NCBI GenBank assembly: GCA_038831915.1
Contig: JAWBKB010000006.1
Coordinates: 17,874-81,873, forward strand
DNA length: 64,000 bases
From: Candidatus Caldarchaeum sp.
GTDB taxonomy: Archaea; Thermoproteota; Nitrososphaeria_A; Caldarchaeales; Caldarchaeaceae
Reading direction: 5' to 3'
The translations under genes and the position numbers were made by a program. Numbering within the stretch: the first letter of the stretch is position 1; the number at the start of each line of letters is the position of its first letter. Below the pieces are notes generated by a model, which saw nothing but the letters and a program-made list of their open reading frames with translations, searched no databases and was not told the DNA's origin. Positions 37,629 to 47,589 of the stretch are shown here, in pieces.

Positions 37629-39653
37629 TTGATGGAGTCGCAGCCTTTGGAAGAGAGATTGGTTCTTTTCTTTAAATCTGAAAAATATCGCGAGCTTTTG
37701 CGGGAATCAGCGGTAAAGAAACGACGCAGCATTCCAGTCGATTTCAACGACTTGATAAAATTCGATGAGAAGTTTGCGATGGAGCTGGTAAACAAGCCAA
37801 CAGTTCTTTACAACGTGTTGAACCGGGCCTGTTATAGGCAGCTGCAGATTGAAGACCCGGAATATGCCCGCACTGTTAAGACTTTTACTGCGAGAATAGT
37901 TTCTCTTCCCACAGTTACTTCGATTAGAGAAGTTCGGTCTGAGCATCTGCGGAAACTGGTGATGATCGATGGCATGGTGTCGAAGGCTTCGGCGGTCAAG
38001 CCAATTCTTAAAACCGGTGTATTCAGATGTCGATACTGTGGTTCAACTCAAGAGGTTGAGCAGACAGCTCAAAAACTTCTAACACCTGAAGCTTGCATAG
38101 ATCGAACATGTAGGGGAAGTAAGCGTCCGAGCTTCGAACTCATACCTGAAGAATCCAGTTACATAGATTATCAGGTCATCGGCGTTCAGGAGAAGCCGGA
38201 AGACCTTCCTCCAGGCCAGCTTCCGCGGGTGATAGAGATGCGGCTAAAAGACGATTTGGTCGACATCGTCAGGCCAGGAGACCGTGTCATAGGTGTCGGT
38301 ATTGTTGAATCTCAGCAGGAAAGAGCAGGTGAAGGTCCTCTCAAAACATTCCGCATCTATCTTGACGCTGTCAGCATCGAGCCCGCGAGCAAAGAACCTC
38401 AGGCCGTCCAGATTTCCCCCGAAGATGAAAAACTCTTCAAAAAAATGGCGGAAGACCCGTTCATAGTCAACAAACTCGTCGAGTCAGTCGCTCCATCTAT
38501 ATATGGTCTCGACCATATCAAGAAGGCCATTTTACTTCTTTTGATGGGCGGGCGGTCGAAAGTTTTTCCGGACGGCTTACGCGTTAGAGGTGATGTTAAT
38601 ATTCTTTTGGTCGGAGATCCTGGCACGGCGAAAAGTCAGCTTTTACAGTATGTGGCCTCGATAGCTCCGAGAGGCATCTACACTTCGGGGAGAGGTTCGA
38701 CTGCCGCTGGACTGACCGCTGCCGTGCTAAGAGAAAAAGAGGGCGGCATGGTGCTTGAGGCCGGTGCGATGGTACTCGCCGACATGGGTGTTTGCTGTAT
38801 AGACGAAATCGACAAAATGAGGCCTGACGATAGAGTGGCCATTCATGAGGCGATGGCTCAGCAAACGGTTAGCGTTGCAAAAGGCGGCATAGTTGCCACC
38901 TTGAACGCACGGACCGCTGTGCTTGCAGCCGCGAACCCCTCGTTCGGCCGTTACGACCCGTACAAAAACTTCGCTGAAAACGTCAATTTACCCATGACGA
39001 TACTTTCGCGGTTTGACTTGATTTTTGTGCTGCGTGACGAGCCTAACCCCGACCTCGACAGGAAAATTTCATCACATATTTCGGCCCTTCACCAGGTCGG
39101 CGAGCCCGAAAAACCACCCGCCATTCCGCCCGACCTACTACGCAAATACATCGCCTACGCCAAAAGACACGAGCCAGTCGTGACAGGCAAAGCCCTGAAA
39201 CTCCTCGAAGAATTCTACCTCAAGATGCGCTCCCTATACGAGACAACATCAACGGTAAGCATCACTGCGAGACAGTTCGAATCCTTGATACGTTTGACAG
39301 AGGCTCATGCAAGATCTCGGCTCCGCAACTCCGCTGACGAAGAAGATGCGGCAGCCGCGATTCTTTTGATGAAGCGAAGCTTGCAGGAAGTCGGGATAGA
39401 CATCGAAACAGGAAAGCCCGACATCGACGTTATCATGACCGGTAAGCCGAAAAGCGTTCGGGAAAAGATGAAGCTCGTGGTCGAGACCATTAAGAAATTC
39501 GAAGAAAAGAGCGGGTACGCGGCTGAGCAGGAACTTCGCGCTGCTTTGATTCAGGAAGGTTTGTCCGACGAAGAAATCACGAGGATTTTGACGAGGCTTA
39601 TCACTGAAGGCCGTGTTTTCACCCCGCGGACAGGAGCCTACAAGGTGACATGA
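37629..39653 (+). CDS. mcm: MCM replicative helicase
   Basis: Zn finger, GDPGTAKSQ, AGLTAAV, IDEIDKM, AAANP, arginine finger SRFD. No intein. Confidence 0.98.
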   Translation: MMESQPLEERLVLFFKSEKYRELLRESAVKKRRSIPVDFNDLIKFDEKFAMELVNKPTVLYNVLNRACYRQLQIEDPEYARTVKTFTARIVSLPTVTSIREVRSEHLRKLVMIDGMVSKASAVKPILKTGVFRCRYCGSTQEVEQTAQKLLTPEACIDRTCRGSKRPSFELIPEESSYIDYQVIGVQEKPEDLPPGQLPRVIEMRLKDDLVDIVRPGDRVIGVGIVESQQERAGEGPLKTFRIYLDAVSIEPASKEPQAVQISPEDEKLFKKMAEDPFIVNKLVESVAPSIYGLDHIKKAILLLLMGGRSKVFPDGLRVRGDVNILLVGDPGTAKSQLLQYVASIAPRGIYTSGRGSTAAGLTAAVLREKEGGMVLEAGAMVLADMGVCCIDEIDKMRPDDRVAIHEAMAQQTVSVAKGGIVATLNARTAVLAAANPSFGRYDPYKNFAENVNLPMTILSRFDLIFVLRDEPNPDLDRKISSHISALHQVGEPEKPPAIPPDLLRKYIAYAKRHEPVVTGKALKLLEEFYLKMRSLYETTSTVSITARQFESLIRLTEAHARSRLRNSADEEDAAAAILLMKRSLQEVGIDIETGKPDIDVIMTGKPKSVREKMKLVVETIKKFEEKSGYAAEQELRAALIQEGLSDEEITRILTRLITEGRVFTPRTGAYKVT

Positions 39654-41785
39654 AGACTTTTCGAACGCCGGCTGACACACCGCCGTATCTACGCCAAGCT
39701 CTTGAACGTATAGGCATCGTCGAATTCTATCCTCCTCAGTCTGAAGCTCTGGCGAAAGGTCTTCTTGACGGACGGCCTTTGATGGTTGCGACTCCGACGG
39801 CGTCGGGCAAAACCCTGATAGCCATGATGGCAGCATACAGGCACTTAGTTCAAGGCGGCAAAGTTTTGTATTTGACGCCTTTGAGGGCGTTAGCGTCTGA
39901 AAAACTTCAAGAATTCAACGATTTTCTCGGGCATGAATTCAAAGTCGTCGCAAGCACAGGTGACTATGATTCCGCCGACCCTTGGCTTGCGTCATACGAC
40001 GTGATCATCGCTACCAACGAGAAGGCGGATAGCTTGATGCGTCATAAAGCAGCATGGATGGACGATGTGTCTTTGCTTGTGGCAGATGAGGTTCACATGC
40101 TTGGAGACGAAGAACGAGGTCCTATACTGGAAATGACTTTGACAAGGCTGCGTTACCGTAACCCGAAGGCACAGCTGTTAGCGCTCAGCGCCACCGCACC
40201 GAACGCAGACGAGCTTGCGAAATGGCTTAACGCCGAATTGGTTACACTCGACTGGAGGCCTGTGCCCCTGCGGGAAGGAGTTTATCATGATGGTGAAATT
40301 ATTTATAGCGATAAGAGCCGGCGGAAAATTCCCGAAAACGAATACAACCCTGTGTTGTCCATAATGGTGGAAACTGTGGCTGACGGAGGACAGGTTATCT
40401 TTTTCGCAAACACCCGTAAAAAGGCGGAACAGTACGCGGAAAAGGCGGCGAGCGTTCTGTCCAAATATGATATTTTATCCGACGAGGAGAGGCAGCAGTT
40501 GAGCCTTTTTTCCGATGAGCTGCTGCTTTCGACAGAGACGTCCGCGTTTACCGAACGTGTGGCTTCTTTACTTCGTCAGGGAGCGTGTTTTCACCACGCA
40601 GGCCTCGGTGCCGTTCACAGGAGACAGATAGAGACCGCTTTTCGAAAACGTTTCCTCAAAGTTCTATGCGCGACACCGACGCTGGCCGCGGGAGTAAACC
40701 TGCCAGCTCGCGTCGTCATCATACCCGAGCTGAGAAGATATGAGGTCGGCCAGGGCATGCATACGATTTCAGTGACAGAATATAAACAGTTTTGCGGCCG
40801 GGCTGGGAGACCTAATTTCGACAGCTACGGCGAAGCCATCACCATTGCGCGTAACAGCGACGAATTTGAACTCATCATGGAAAAATACGTCAAAGGTAGG
40901 CCCGAAAGAATCTGGTCAAGGCTAGCCGGCGAAAGACATCTCCGAATTCAGACACTCGCCGTTATCGCATCAGAAAGCATCAAAGATTTTGAAGGGCTTG
41001 ACAAATTTTTCGGAGCAACTTTCCTCTCTTATCAATTCGGGTCGTCATTCATCCGTAAATCCCTTCAAACAATAGTGGAATTCTTGGAAAAGCACGGTTT
41101 CATATTCCATGATGATTTGCTTGAAGCTACTCGGCTTGGCCGCAGGGTTTCAGAGCTTTACATCGACCCTTTGACCGCGATACAAATTATCAACATCTGC
41201 GAGAAAAGGCCGAAAATTGCAACTGATTTGGGGTTGTTGCAGGTCGTCTGCCAAGCGTATGAAGTTCCATCCGTCCCTATGAAACGAATCGAAACTCACA
41301 AGTTCGAAAGGTTCTTGGAAGAAAACAGAGACCAGTTTTTCGACGTGCCCGACCCATGTGAAGAACCAGATGACTATGATTTGTTTCTCGATTCTTTGAA
41401 GACAGCAATTTTTTTGAAGGCATGGATAGAAGAGACGGGTGAAGGAGAGTTGTTTGAAAGGTTTGGTGTTGAGCCGGGTGATTTGGCTGTGTTGCGTGAA
41501 CGGGCGAGCTGGATAGCTTATTCGGCTTCGGAGCTAATGAAAGTCGTTGGAAAAAGGGATTTGACGACAGAGTTTGAGGTGTTGTCCGCACGGGTTGAAC
41601 ACGGTGTAAAGGAAGAACTTCTCCCACTTGTCGCGCTTCACGGCGTCGGAAGGGTTCGTGCCAGAAATCTCTTCAACGCAGGCTATAGGACTATAGATGA
41701 CTTGAAACGCGCTTCTGTCGAAGAACTGTCTAAGGTTCCAAGCATAGGCGTCAAAATAGCTTCGCTTATAAAGAGCCAAGTTTAA
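39650..41785 (+). CDS. hel308: Hel308/Hjm SF2 DNA helicase
   Basis: PTASGKT, DEVH, LSAT, FHHAGL, TPTLAAGVNLPA, GRAGRP, C-terminal HhH GVGRVRAR. Confidence 0.95.
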   Translation: MKTFRTPADTPPYLRQALERIGIVEFYPPQSEALAKGLLDGRPLMVATPTASGKTLIAMMAAYRHLVQGGKVLYLTPLRALASEKLQEFNDFLGHEFKVVASTGDYDSADPWLASYDVIIATNEKADSLMRHKAAWMDDVSLLVADEVHMLGDEERGPILEMTLTRLRYRNPKAQLLALSATAPNADELAKWLNAELVTLDWRPVPLREGVYHDGEIIYSDKSRRKIPENEYNPVLSIMVETVADGGQVIFFANTRKKAEQYAEKAASVLSKYDILSDEERQQLSLFSDELLLSTETSAFTERVASLLRQGACFHHAGLGAVHRRQIETAFRKRFLKVLCATPTLAAGVNLPARVVIIPELRRYEVGQGMHTISVTEYKQFCGRAGRPNFDSYGEAITIARNSDEFELIMEKYVKGRPERIWSRLAGERHLRIQTLAVIASESIKDFEGLDKFFGATFLSYQFGSSFIRKSLQTIVEFLEKHGFIFHDDLLEATRLGRRVSELYIDPLTAIQIINICEKRPKIATDLGLLQVVCQAYEVPSVPMKRIETHKFERFLEENRDQFFDVPDPCEEPDDYDLFLDSLKTAIFLKAWIEETGEGELFERFGVEPGDLAVLRERASWIAYSASELMKVVGKRDLTTEFEVLSARVEHGVKEELLPLVALHGVGRVRARNLFNAGYRTIDDLKRASVEELSKVPSIGVKIASLIKSQV

Positions 41786-42260
41786 TCAAACGCTCGAATT
41801 CAATGAGGGTTTTTTCCTGTCCAGGCTCAACCGAACCAGGCCTAATTTTCCTAACCTTATCCAAGGCCTGCCGCCACCCGATTTTTTCCGAAGCCATGAC
41901 GTAAGCTGTCAAAACCATTCCCGTTCGACCTATACCGGCCAAACAATGAACCAGAACTTTTTCGCCGTCGGCCAGCAATTTTTCGAGTGTTTTGACGATT
42001 TCGGCGATTTTGCGAGGGTCTGCTGGCATGTGGTCATCAAGCGGAAAATGAAAATATTTTGTGTTTGTGCCGTCGATTATGCTGTTGGGTAGAGGCTCCT
42101 CAGTTAAGCTGATAATCGCTGAAATGCCTTGGTTTCGCAGAAAATTGATATGTTTTCTTCTGCTGGGAAGGCCGCTCGCCGCTATTCTGTCATTAAAGGC
42201 TGAATAGTTGGGAGGAGCTGTGGTGAACAATCCTTGAATTTTCCGTAGAAGGCCTGGCAC
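41766..42260 (-). CDS. dual-specificity protein phosphatase (PTP superfamily)
   Basis: Active-site VHCLAGIGRTG, DH.P general-acid loop, VRKIRPGSVE..Q. Confidence 0.92.
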   Translation of the reverse strand: MPGLLRKIQGLFTTAPPNYSAFNDRIAASGLPSRRKHINFLRNQGISAIISLTEEPLPNSIIDGTNTKYFHFPLDDHMPADPRKIAEIVKTLEKLLADGEKVLVHCLAGIGRTGMVLTAYVMASEKIGWRQALDKVRKIRPGSVEPGQEKTLIEFERLIKLGSL

Positions 42261-42263
42261 GGT

Positions 42264-42998
42264 TCACCTGCTAAGAATGCTTTTTACAAATTTTTCGGTT
42301 TTCTCTTCGAATTCCGTTCTAATGCTTGAAGCTTTAACATCGTCAACCTCAAGCACAAGCGCCTTGATTTTATCGTAGCCAAGCTTGTTAACCAATACGT
42401 TGAAGAGCTTGACACCGCTAACAAGCTCGAATAGCCCGTTTTCGAGAGGTCTTACCACGACCGGTCCAAGAATCTCAGCGAACTGCGCGAGTATTTCATA
42501 TTCTTCTTCGGTGAGCGAAGTTCCGAGATACGGGGGGACCACCAATTTCGCGACGGGAATCTCAGCCAACGTTCCCACGACGTTTGCGTCGAGCACTTCC
42601 GCTTTTTCAGACATCCATTCATTTAGCATGAGACGGTCTTTGTCGCCGAAATAGCCGTGCCACCATTTCAAACTCTCCAATACCAGCTTCTCCAACTCAG
42701 AGGCTATCTGACTGTTTTCACCTGATATTTTGTGATTTGACAAAACCATGACGAAAGATTTTTTCGAGGGTTCTGCTGTCTTGTCGGTTTTCACGAGGAG
42801 CTGCGGCTTCACCGAGGTCAAAATCACGTCCATAAAAATTTGGTTGCCTTGCTTGTCTGTTCCTAGGTTTAACCTGACTGAAAGTCGTTCTTTTCCCTTA
42901 AGCTTGTCGATGAGATATTCTCGCAGCCTTTCATACATCACCATCGTATAGATGAACTGGCCCAGCTTGGATTCGAATTCGTCGAAGCCGTAACTCAT
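42264..42998 (-). CDS. hypothetical protein with C-terminal degenerate ParB/Srx-like domain
   Basis: EIPVAKLVVPPY..EEEYEILA..GPVVVRPLENGLFELVSG..LGYDKIKALV follows the ParB N-terminal pattern but lacks the G.RR..A arginines. Confidence 0.6.
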   Translation of the reverse strand: MSYGFDEFESKLGQFIYTMVMYERLREYLIDKLKGKERLSVRLNLGTDKQGNQIFMDVILTSVKPQLLVKTDKTAEPSKKSFVMVLSNHKISGENSQIASELEKLVLESLKWWHGYFGDKDRLMLNEWMSEKAEVLDANVVGTLAEIPVAKLVVPPYLGTSLTEEEYEILAQFAEILGPVVVRPLENGLFELVSGVKLFNVLVNKLGYDKIKALVLEVDDVKASSIRTEFEEKTEKFVKSILSR

Positions 42999-43148
42999 CT
43001 ACGGAGCCTTCTCGATGTATTTGAGAACTCCGATTTGGATGGAGTTGTGGTGGATGTAGGTGTATTCGTCGGAAACCGGCATCAGCGTCGCTTCGCAAAC
43101 TGGAAGATAGGGCTCTTCAATTTCTTGCTGCTGCAGCTTTTCCTGCAT
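42999..43148 (-). CDS. small protein (49 aa), not in the ORF track
   Basis: MQEKLQQQEIEEPYLPVCEATLMPVSDEYTYIHHNSIQIGVLKYIEKAP*. Its stop abuts the next ATG, and TTATATAA lies about 20-30 nt upstream. Confidence 0.6.
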   Translation of the reverse strand: MQEKLQQQEIEEPYLPVCEATLMPVSDEYTYIHHNSIQIGVLKYIEKAP

Positions 43149-43236
43149 GCGGGCAAAAGCATGCCGAAGTTATATAAGCGTTTACCAACAACATAACAAG
43201 TAACAATTAATTAGCCGAAGGCGGAAAAATAAATCG

Positions 43237-44103
43237 TTGAAAATCGTAAAAGGCCCTGCGTCGAAGGAGCTTGCCGAGAAGATTGCGAGGTTTACCTCCG
43301 CTGAAGCGGTGGATGTCGCCGATAGATTTTTCCCCGACGGCGAATCATATGTAAGAATTCTCGGACGCCTCGACCAAGAAGACGTGATACTCGTTCAAGG
43401 ACTTCATCCACCTCAGGACACCAACCTTCTCCGATTACTTCTATTAGCCGAAGCCGCAAAGGGATTAGGAGCAAAAAAGGTCAAAGCCGTGGTCCCGTAT
43501 TTCGCCTACGCGAGACAGGACAAAAGATTTCTCGAAGGAGAGCCCGTCAGCGTGCATATTTTACTTGATTGCTTGAAGGCTGTGGGAATCGACGAAGTTC
43601 TGACCGTCAACATTCATTCACCATGGGTTGCAAGAGAATCCCCAGTCAAACTGACCAACATAGATTGCAGCGGGCTGCTCGCCTCCTATGTCATTCAGGC
43701 AGGTGTTGAGAAGCCTTTCGTGGTTTCGCCTGGGAAAAAAGGAAGTGAAATGGCTGAAGCCGTCGCATCGGTTCTTGAGTCTGATTACGGCGTCGTGAAG
43801 ACTTCGAGAAATCCTGAGACAGGCGAAGTCACCGTGTCTGCTGAAAACGTTCCTTTCGATAGGGAGTTTGTTGTGGTTGATGACGTCATAAGCACAGGCA
43901 CAACCATCGTCAAAGCCATCCAACTTCTGAAACAATTTAGGCCGTCGAAGATCATCGTTGTAGCTGTTCACGGCCTTTTCGTCCAGTCAGCGGCTGAAAA
44001 AATTCTTGCAGCCGGCGCAAACGTTGTGATGACAACTGACACCGTTCCGAACCCCTTCGCCTACGCATCAGTAGCTGGGTTAATCGCTTCTCACCTCGGT
44101 TAA
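43237..44103 (+). CDS. prs: ribose-phosphate pyrophosphokinase
   Basis: FPDGESYVR, PYFAYARQDK, VVDDVISTGTT, VHGLF. Confidence 0.93.
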   Translation: MKIVKGPASKELAEKIARFTSAEAVDVADRFFPDGESYVRILGRLDQEDVILVQGLHPPQDTNLLRLLLLAEAAKGLGAKKVKAVVPYFAYARQDKRFLEGEPVSVHILLDCLKAVGIDEVLTVNIHSPWVARESPVKLTNIDCSGLLASYVIQAGVEKPFVVSPGKKGSEMAEAVASVLESDYGVVKTSRNPETGEVTVSAENVPFDREFVVVDDVISTGTTIVKAIQLLKQFRPSKIIVVAVHGLFVQSAAEKILAAGANVVMTTDTVPNPFAYASVAGLIASHLG

Positions 44104-45128
44104 TGGGGTTGCCGGTTTTCTTTCTACTATCCGGAGAAAACCCAGCTCTTTCCGCCGCAGAGCTACAGCATTTGTTAACAATCTACATATCCAATCCATC
44201 CTTCAAAATAATTGATGAAAGAATCGCTGTGGCGGAGGTAGGTGATGAAGTCGCTAAAAAAATCGTGTTCAGAGCGGCGTACACAAAAGCCGCGGCAAAA
44301 CTAATCGCTCAAGGAGTTTCAACCGAGGACTTGGCGTTTCGGCCTGACTGGCGTGAGCTTTGCCAAGATTTTCACACGTTTGAAGTATCCGTTGTGAAGC
44401 TTGGTGAAACTTATGTGCATTCGGTCGAAGTTGAAAAACAAATTGCCAAACACATACTTTCGGAGCTACCTCATCTAAGGATAAATCTATCAAACCCTGA
44501 AGTAACTTTCCTAACAGCCGTATCCGCTGGTCACGTAGCTGTAGGAAGGCTTATCGCTTCTAAGCCGAAACTTTTCTTCGCCGACAGAAAGGCAGGAATA
44601 AGGCCGTTCAGAATTCCGTCAGCGTTACAGCCTAAGCTCGCACGCTGTCTGGTCAATCTTTCAGTGTTAAACGATAGCTCAAAAGTTTTGGACCCTTTCG
44701 CCGGCTCAGGCGCCGTGGTTGTCGAAGCTGGTTTGATGGGACATGAATCCGTTGGAATTGAGCTCAAAACATGGATATCTGAAGGGATGAAACGAAACGT
44801 GGAAACCTACAGTCATTCAACATGTCACGTGATTCAGGCGGATTCACGGCATCTTCCATTCAGGAAGGCTTTCGACTCCGTTGCCACCGACCCACCTTAC
44901 GGCCGCTCTGCAACACTTGCCGGAATGTCTTTCAAAACCCTTTTCAAACGATTTGCCGAGGAGGTGTTGAACATTCTGAACCAAAAGGCTCGAATAGCTG
45001 TGACTGTGCCAACCACGTACTACAGCGATTTAATCGATGCGTGTGAAGGATTTAGGCATGAGGCGTATTTCGATTTGTATGTTCATAAAAGCTTGACGCG
45101 GCGTGTCGTGGTGATTGTTCATGAGTGA
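44103..45128 (+). CDS. trm11: tRNA (guanine-10-N2) methyltransferase, THUMP plus SAM domain (Trm11/TrmG10)
   Basis: LSGENP.L...E, RPF..P.ALQPKLARCLVNL, LDPFAGSG, TDPPYGR, VHKSLTR. Confidence 0.88.
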   Translation: MGLPVFFLLSGENPALSAAELQHLLTIYISNPSFKIIDERIAVAEVGDEVAKKIVFRAAYTKAAAKLIAQGVSTEDLAFRPDWRELCQDFHTFEVSVVKLGETYVHSVEVEKQIAKHILSELPHLRINLSNPEVTFLTAVSAGHVAVGRLIASKPKLFFADRKAGIRPFRIPSALQPKLARCLVNLSVLNDSSKVLDPFAGSGAVVVEAGLMGHESVGIELKTWISEGMKRNVETYSHSTCHVIQADSRHLPFRKAFDSVATDPPYGRSATLAGMSFKTLFKRFAEEVLNILNQKARIAVTVPTTYYSDLIDACEGFRHEAYFDLYVHKSLTRRVVVIVHE

Positions 45129-46035
45129 AATGCGGCTGGTCTTTCTCGGCACAAGTGGTGGGATGCCGACGAAGAAACGTGGTTTACCAGCAGTAGCCGT
45201 GCGTATGAAGTCGTCACTCATCCTGTTTGACTGCGGAGAAGGCACACAACGACAATTTCTACAAGCCGGAATCGGACTAAAGCCCGGATTTCACATATTC
45301 CTAAGCCATTTACATGGCGACCACGTCCTTGGGATTCCCGGAATGCTTTTCACACTTTCCATGAACGGGAGAAAGGAAGAAGTCAACATCTACGGCCCGC
45401 ATCAAACACTTGATTTCCTCAAAGCAGTTCTCCGACCTCAGTTCGGCAGCCTGTCCTTCAAAGTCATCGGGCACGAAATGGAGCCAGGAGACACTGTTCG
45501 AATCGACAACGTAACAGTATCCTGTTTCCAAACAGACCACACAACCTATTCACTCGGATATGTGTTGAAAGAAGATGAACGGCCGGGAAAGATGAGGCAA
45601 GAATTCCTTGATTCTTTGGGTGTTCCACGCGGACCTCTCTGGGGGCGGCTACAGCGAGGTGAATCAATTACATTCGGGGGACGTGTGATAACGCCTGATG
45701 AAGCGATGGAGCCTCCCAAACCGGGGAGAAAAATTGTTTACACGGGCGACACCCGTCCATGTGAAGCCGTTGTCCAAGCATCGCGGCAAGCCGACGTATT
45801 AATCCACGACGCGACTTTTGAAAGCAAGCTAAGAGCCAAAGCCTTGGAGGAGGGCCATTCAACGGCTGAGGACGCGGCCATAGCTGCTGCGAAAGCTTCC
45901 GTGAGACGACTTTATCTTTTCCATATCAGCCCTCGATATGAGGAGACGGATTTGCTGTTGATCGAGGCACGAGCTGTTTTTCCCGAATCCTATGTAGCCG
46001 AGGACTTTATGATCTACGTAGTCCCGTTGCGTTAA
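45121..46035 (+). CDS. rnz: ribonuclease Z
   Basis: FLGTSGGMP..R, FDCGEGTQ, SHLHGDH, GP flexible arm, YTGDT, HDATF, HST, HISPRY. Confidence 0.96.
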   Translation: MSEMRLVFLGTSGGMPTKKRGLPAVAVRMKSSLILFDCGEGTQRQFLQAGIGLKPGFHIFLSHLHGDHVLGIPGMLFTLSMNGRKEEVNIYGPHQTLDFLKAVLRPQFGSLSFKVIGHEMEPGDTVRIDNVTVSCFQTDHTTYSLGYVLKEDERPGKMRQEFLDSLGVPRGPLWGRLQRGESITFGGRVITPDEAMEPPKPGRKIVYTGDTRPCEAVVQASRQADVLIHDATFESKLRAKALEEGHSTAEDAAIAAAKASVRRLYLFHISPRYEETDLLLIEARAVFPESYVAEDFMIYVVPLR

Positions 46036-46037
46036 TT

Positions 46038-46415
46038 TTATTCCGTCAGCCAGTTTATCAGCTCGTTTGGTTGAGTAGTTTCCACGATGACTTCGATAGG
46101 CCCAAGTGCCATCACTTCGCCTTTCTCGTAAAAAGAAAGCTTCCCGATCGCCGCCGCCTGCTTGTTCAGATAGAAAACAATTCGTCCGTTGCTCCTGCCT
46201 TTTTGAAGAAGGCTACGAACCGTGGTGCGAATCCGCCGTGAACGAATCATCATTCGAAGCTTTTCCAGCCCTTTCAAAGAATCTATTTTGGCCACCACAT
46301 GGCCCTGATTTCGCAAGATGCTCGCTGTGGGAAAAATGTTAAGCAAAGCCTGAATTATTTTTTCCTCGTTTTCCGTGGGGTGGACAACGGCGCGGGCTTC
46401 AGCCACTAAGCTCAA
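46038..46415 (-). CDS. UPF0201/DUF54 putative RNA-binding protein
   Basis: VHPTENEEKI..AL.NIFP, RI..T.R, LNKQAA, LGPI, WLT. Confidence 0.85.
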   Translation of the reverse strand: MSLVAEARAVVHPTENEEKIIQALLNIFPTASILRNQGHVVAKIDSLKGLEKLRMMIRSRRIRTTVRSLLQKGRSNGRIVFYLNKQAAAIGKLSFYEKGEVMALGPIEVIVETTQPNELINWLTE

Positions 46416-46828
46416 AGCTGTGCCTTGAGAGCTGATAACGCCATCATCACGTTAAGCGTGTTCTCGAAAAGCTCCGTCTGGGTAACCCTTCCAATTATTT
46501 TCCCATTTTCGACAACGAAAAGCCGACGAATGTTTTTCTCGACCAGCTTTGACATAGCCTCCCCAATGGTCGCGTCAGGACTAATTGTTTCAATAGGCGA
46601 AGACATAATGTCTCCCACTCTCATTGTGAGCGCACATCCCTTCGCAATGCAGCGTCGTATAATGTCTCTTTCAGTGACGACCCCTACCGGTAGTTTGTTC
46701 CTCGTGACTACAACCGACCACACATCATTGTTCATCATCACTTTGATTGTTTCAGCAATCGTTGCGTTCTCATCAACTTCCACGACCTTCTTATCCATAA
46801 CATCTCTCACACGAAGAGTTACGGGCAC
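46412..46828 (-). CDS. CBS domain pair protein
   Basis: VRDVM..VGVVTERDI..VGDIMSSP..IRRL.VV..IIG.VT. Confidence 0.9.
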   Translation of the reverse strand: MPVTLRVRDVMDKKVVEVDENATIAETIKVMMNNDVWSVVVTRNKLPVGVVTERDIIRRCIAKGCALTMRVGDIMSSPIETISPDATIGEAMSKLVEKNIRRLFVVENGKIIGRVTQTELFENTLNVMMALSALKAQL

Positions 46829-46914
46829 CTAAATCACCATCACTTCTTTCTCCCCGATGTTTTTATACTTTCGTCTTGAAACACTTAATAAAAATTCGCT
46901 CAACCTTTCTTCAG

Positions 46915-47589
46915 ATGTTGAACCATACATTTGTCGTCGTCTTCGAAGGGGTAGACGGTTCGGGCAAGACCACTTTAATGCAGATGACATCAAAAAAGCT
47001 CGCCCAACTAGCACACAAGGTTGAAACCTACAAAACTCCAAGCAGTTCGGCCACCGGTGTCTTCGCCCTGCAGCATGGAAACGAACCGGAAACCGACCCT
47101 TTCACCAGAATGCTCCTATTTCTCGCCAACACATCAGACGACAGTTCAACAATTAAAGCCATCATCAGTGAAAAGAAGCCTGATTTCTTTTTCATCGACA
47201 GATACAACCTATGCTCAATTGTATATGGGTTCGCCCTAATATCGAAAAAACAAAACATGGTAATCGACGAGAAAAAATTCATCCAGTTTTACCAATTGGT
47301 TGAAGAATTGGGAGCTAACGTCTTTGTCCAACCTGATTTAATCCTTGTTGTAAATGTTGATACGGAAACTCGGAAAAAACTCACCGCGTTTAAACAACCT
47401 TCATACGACCGAAAAATCGAAACAGACGAAGCAATTCAGAGGACCGTTCAGCACTTTTACGAGGTTTACGCAGATTGGAGGCCTGCTCATGTCTGGAAGG
47501 TCTATAACCGAGAGAATGAAGCTGAAAAGATAGCCGATGAAATAGCTCGGAAACTGTCTGAAGAACGGAGGCGTCTTCTTCTTGGTTAG
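46915..47589 (+). CDS. tmk: thymidylate kinase family protein
   Basis: FEGVDGSGKTT, LLFLA, IDRY..S..YG, PDL. Start placed at ATG 46915. Confidence 0.82.
   Translation: MLNHTFVVVFEGVDGSGKTTLMQMTSKKLAQLAHKVETYKTPSSSATGVFALQHGNEPETDPFTRMLLFLANTSDDSSTIKAIISEKKPDFFFIDRYNLCSIVYGFALISKKQNMVIDEKKFIQFYQLVEELGANVFVQPDLILVVNVDTETRKKLTAFKQPSYDRKIETDEAIQRTVQHFYEVYADWRPAHVWKVYNRENEAEKIADEIARKLSEERRRLLLG

Noticed and set aside
28395-41785. Inteins in RFC, MCM or Hel308
   Set aside because: Protein lengths are normal and no intein-like insertions or HN-C/S/T junctions are seen.
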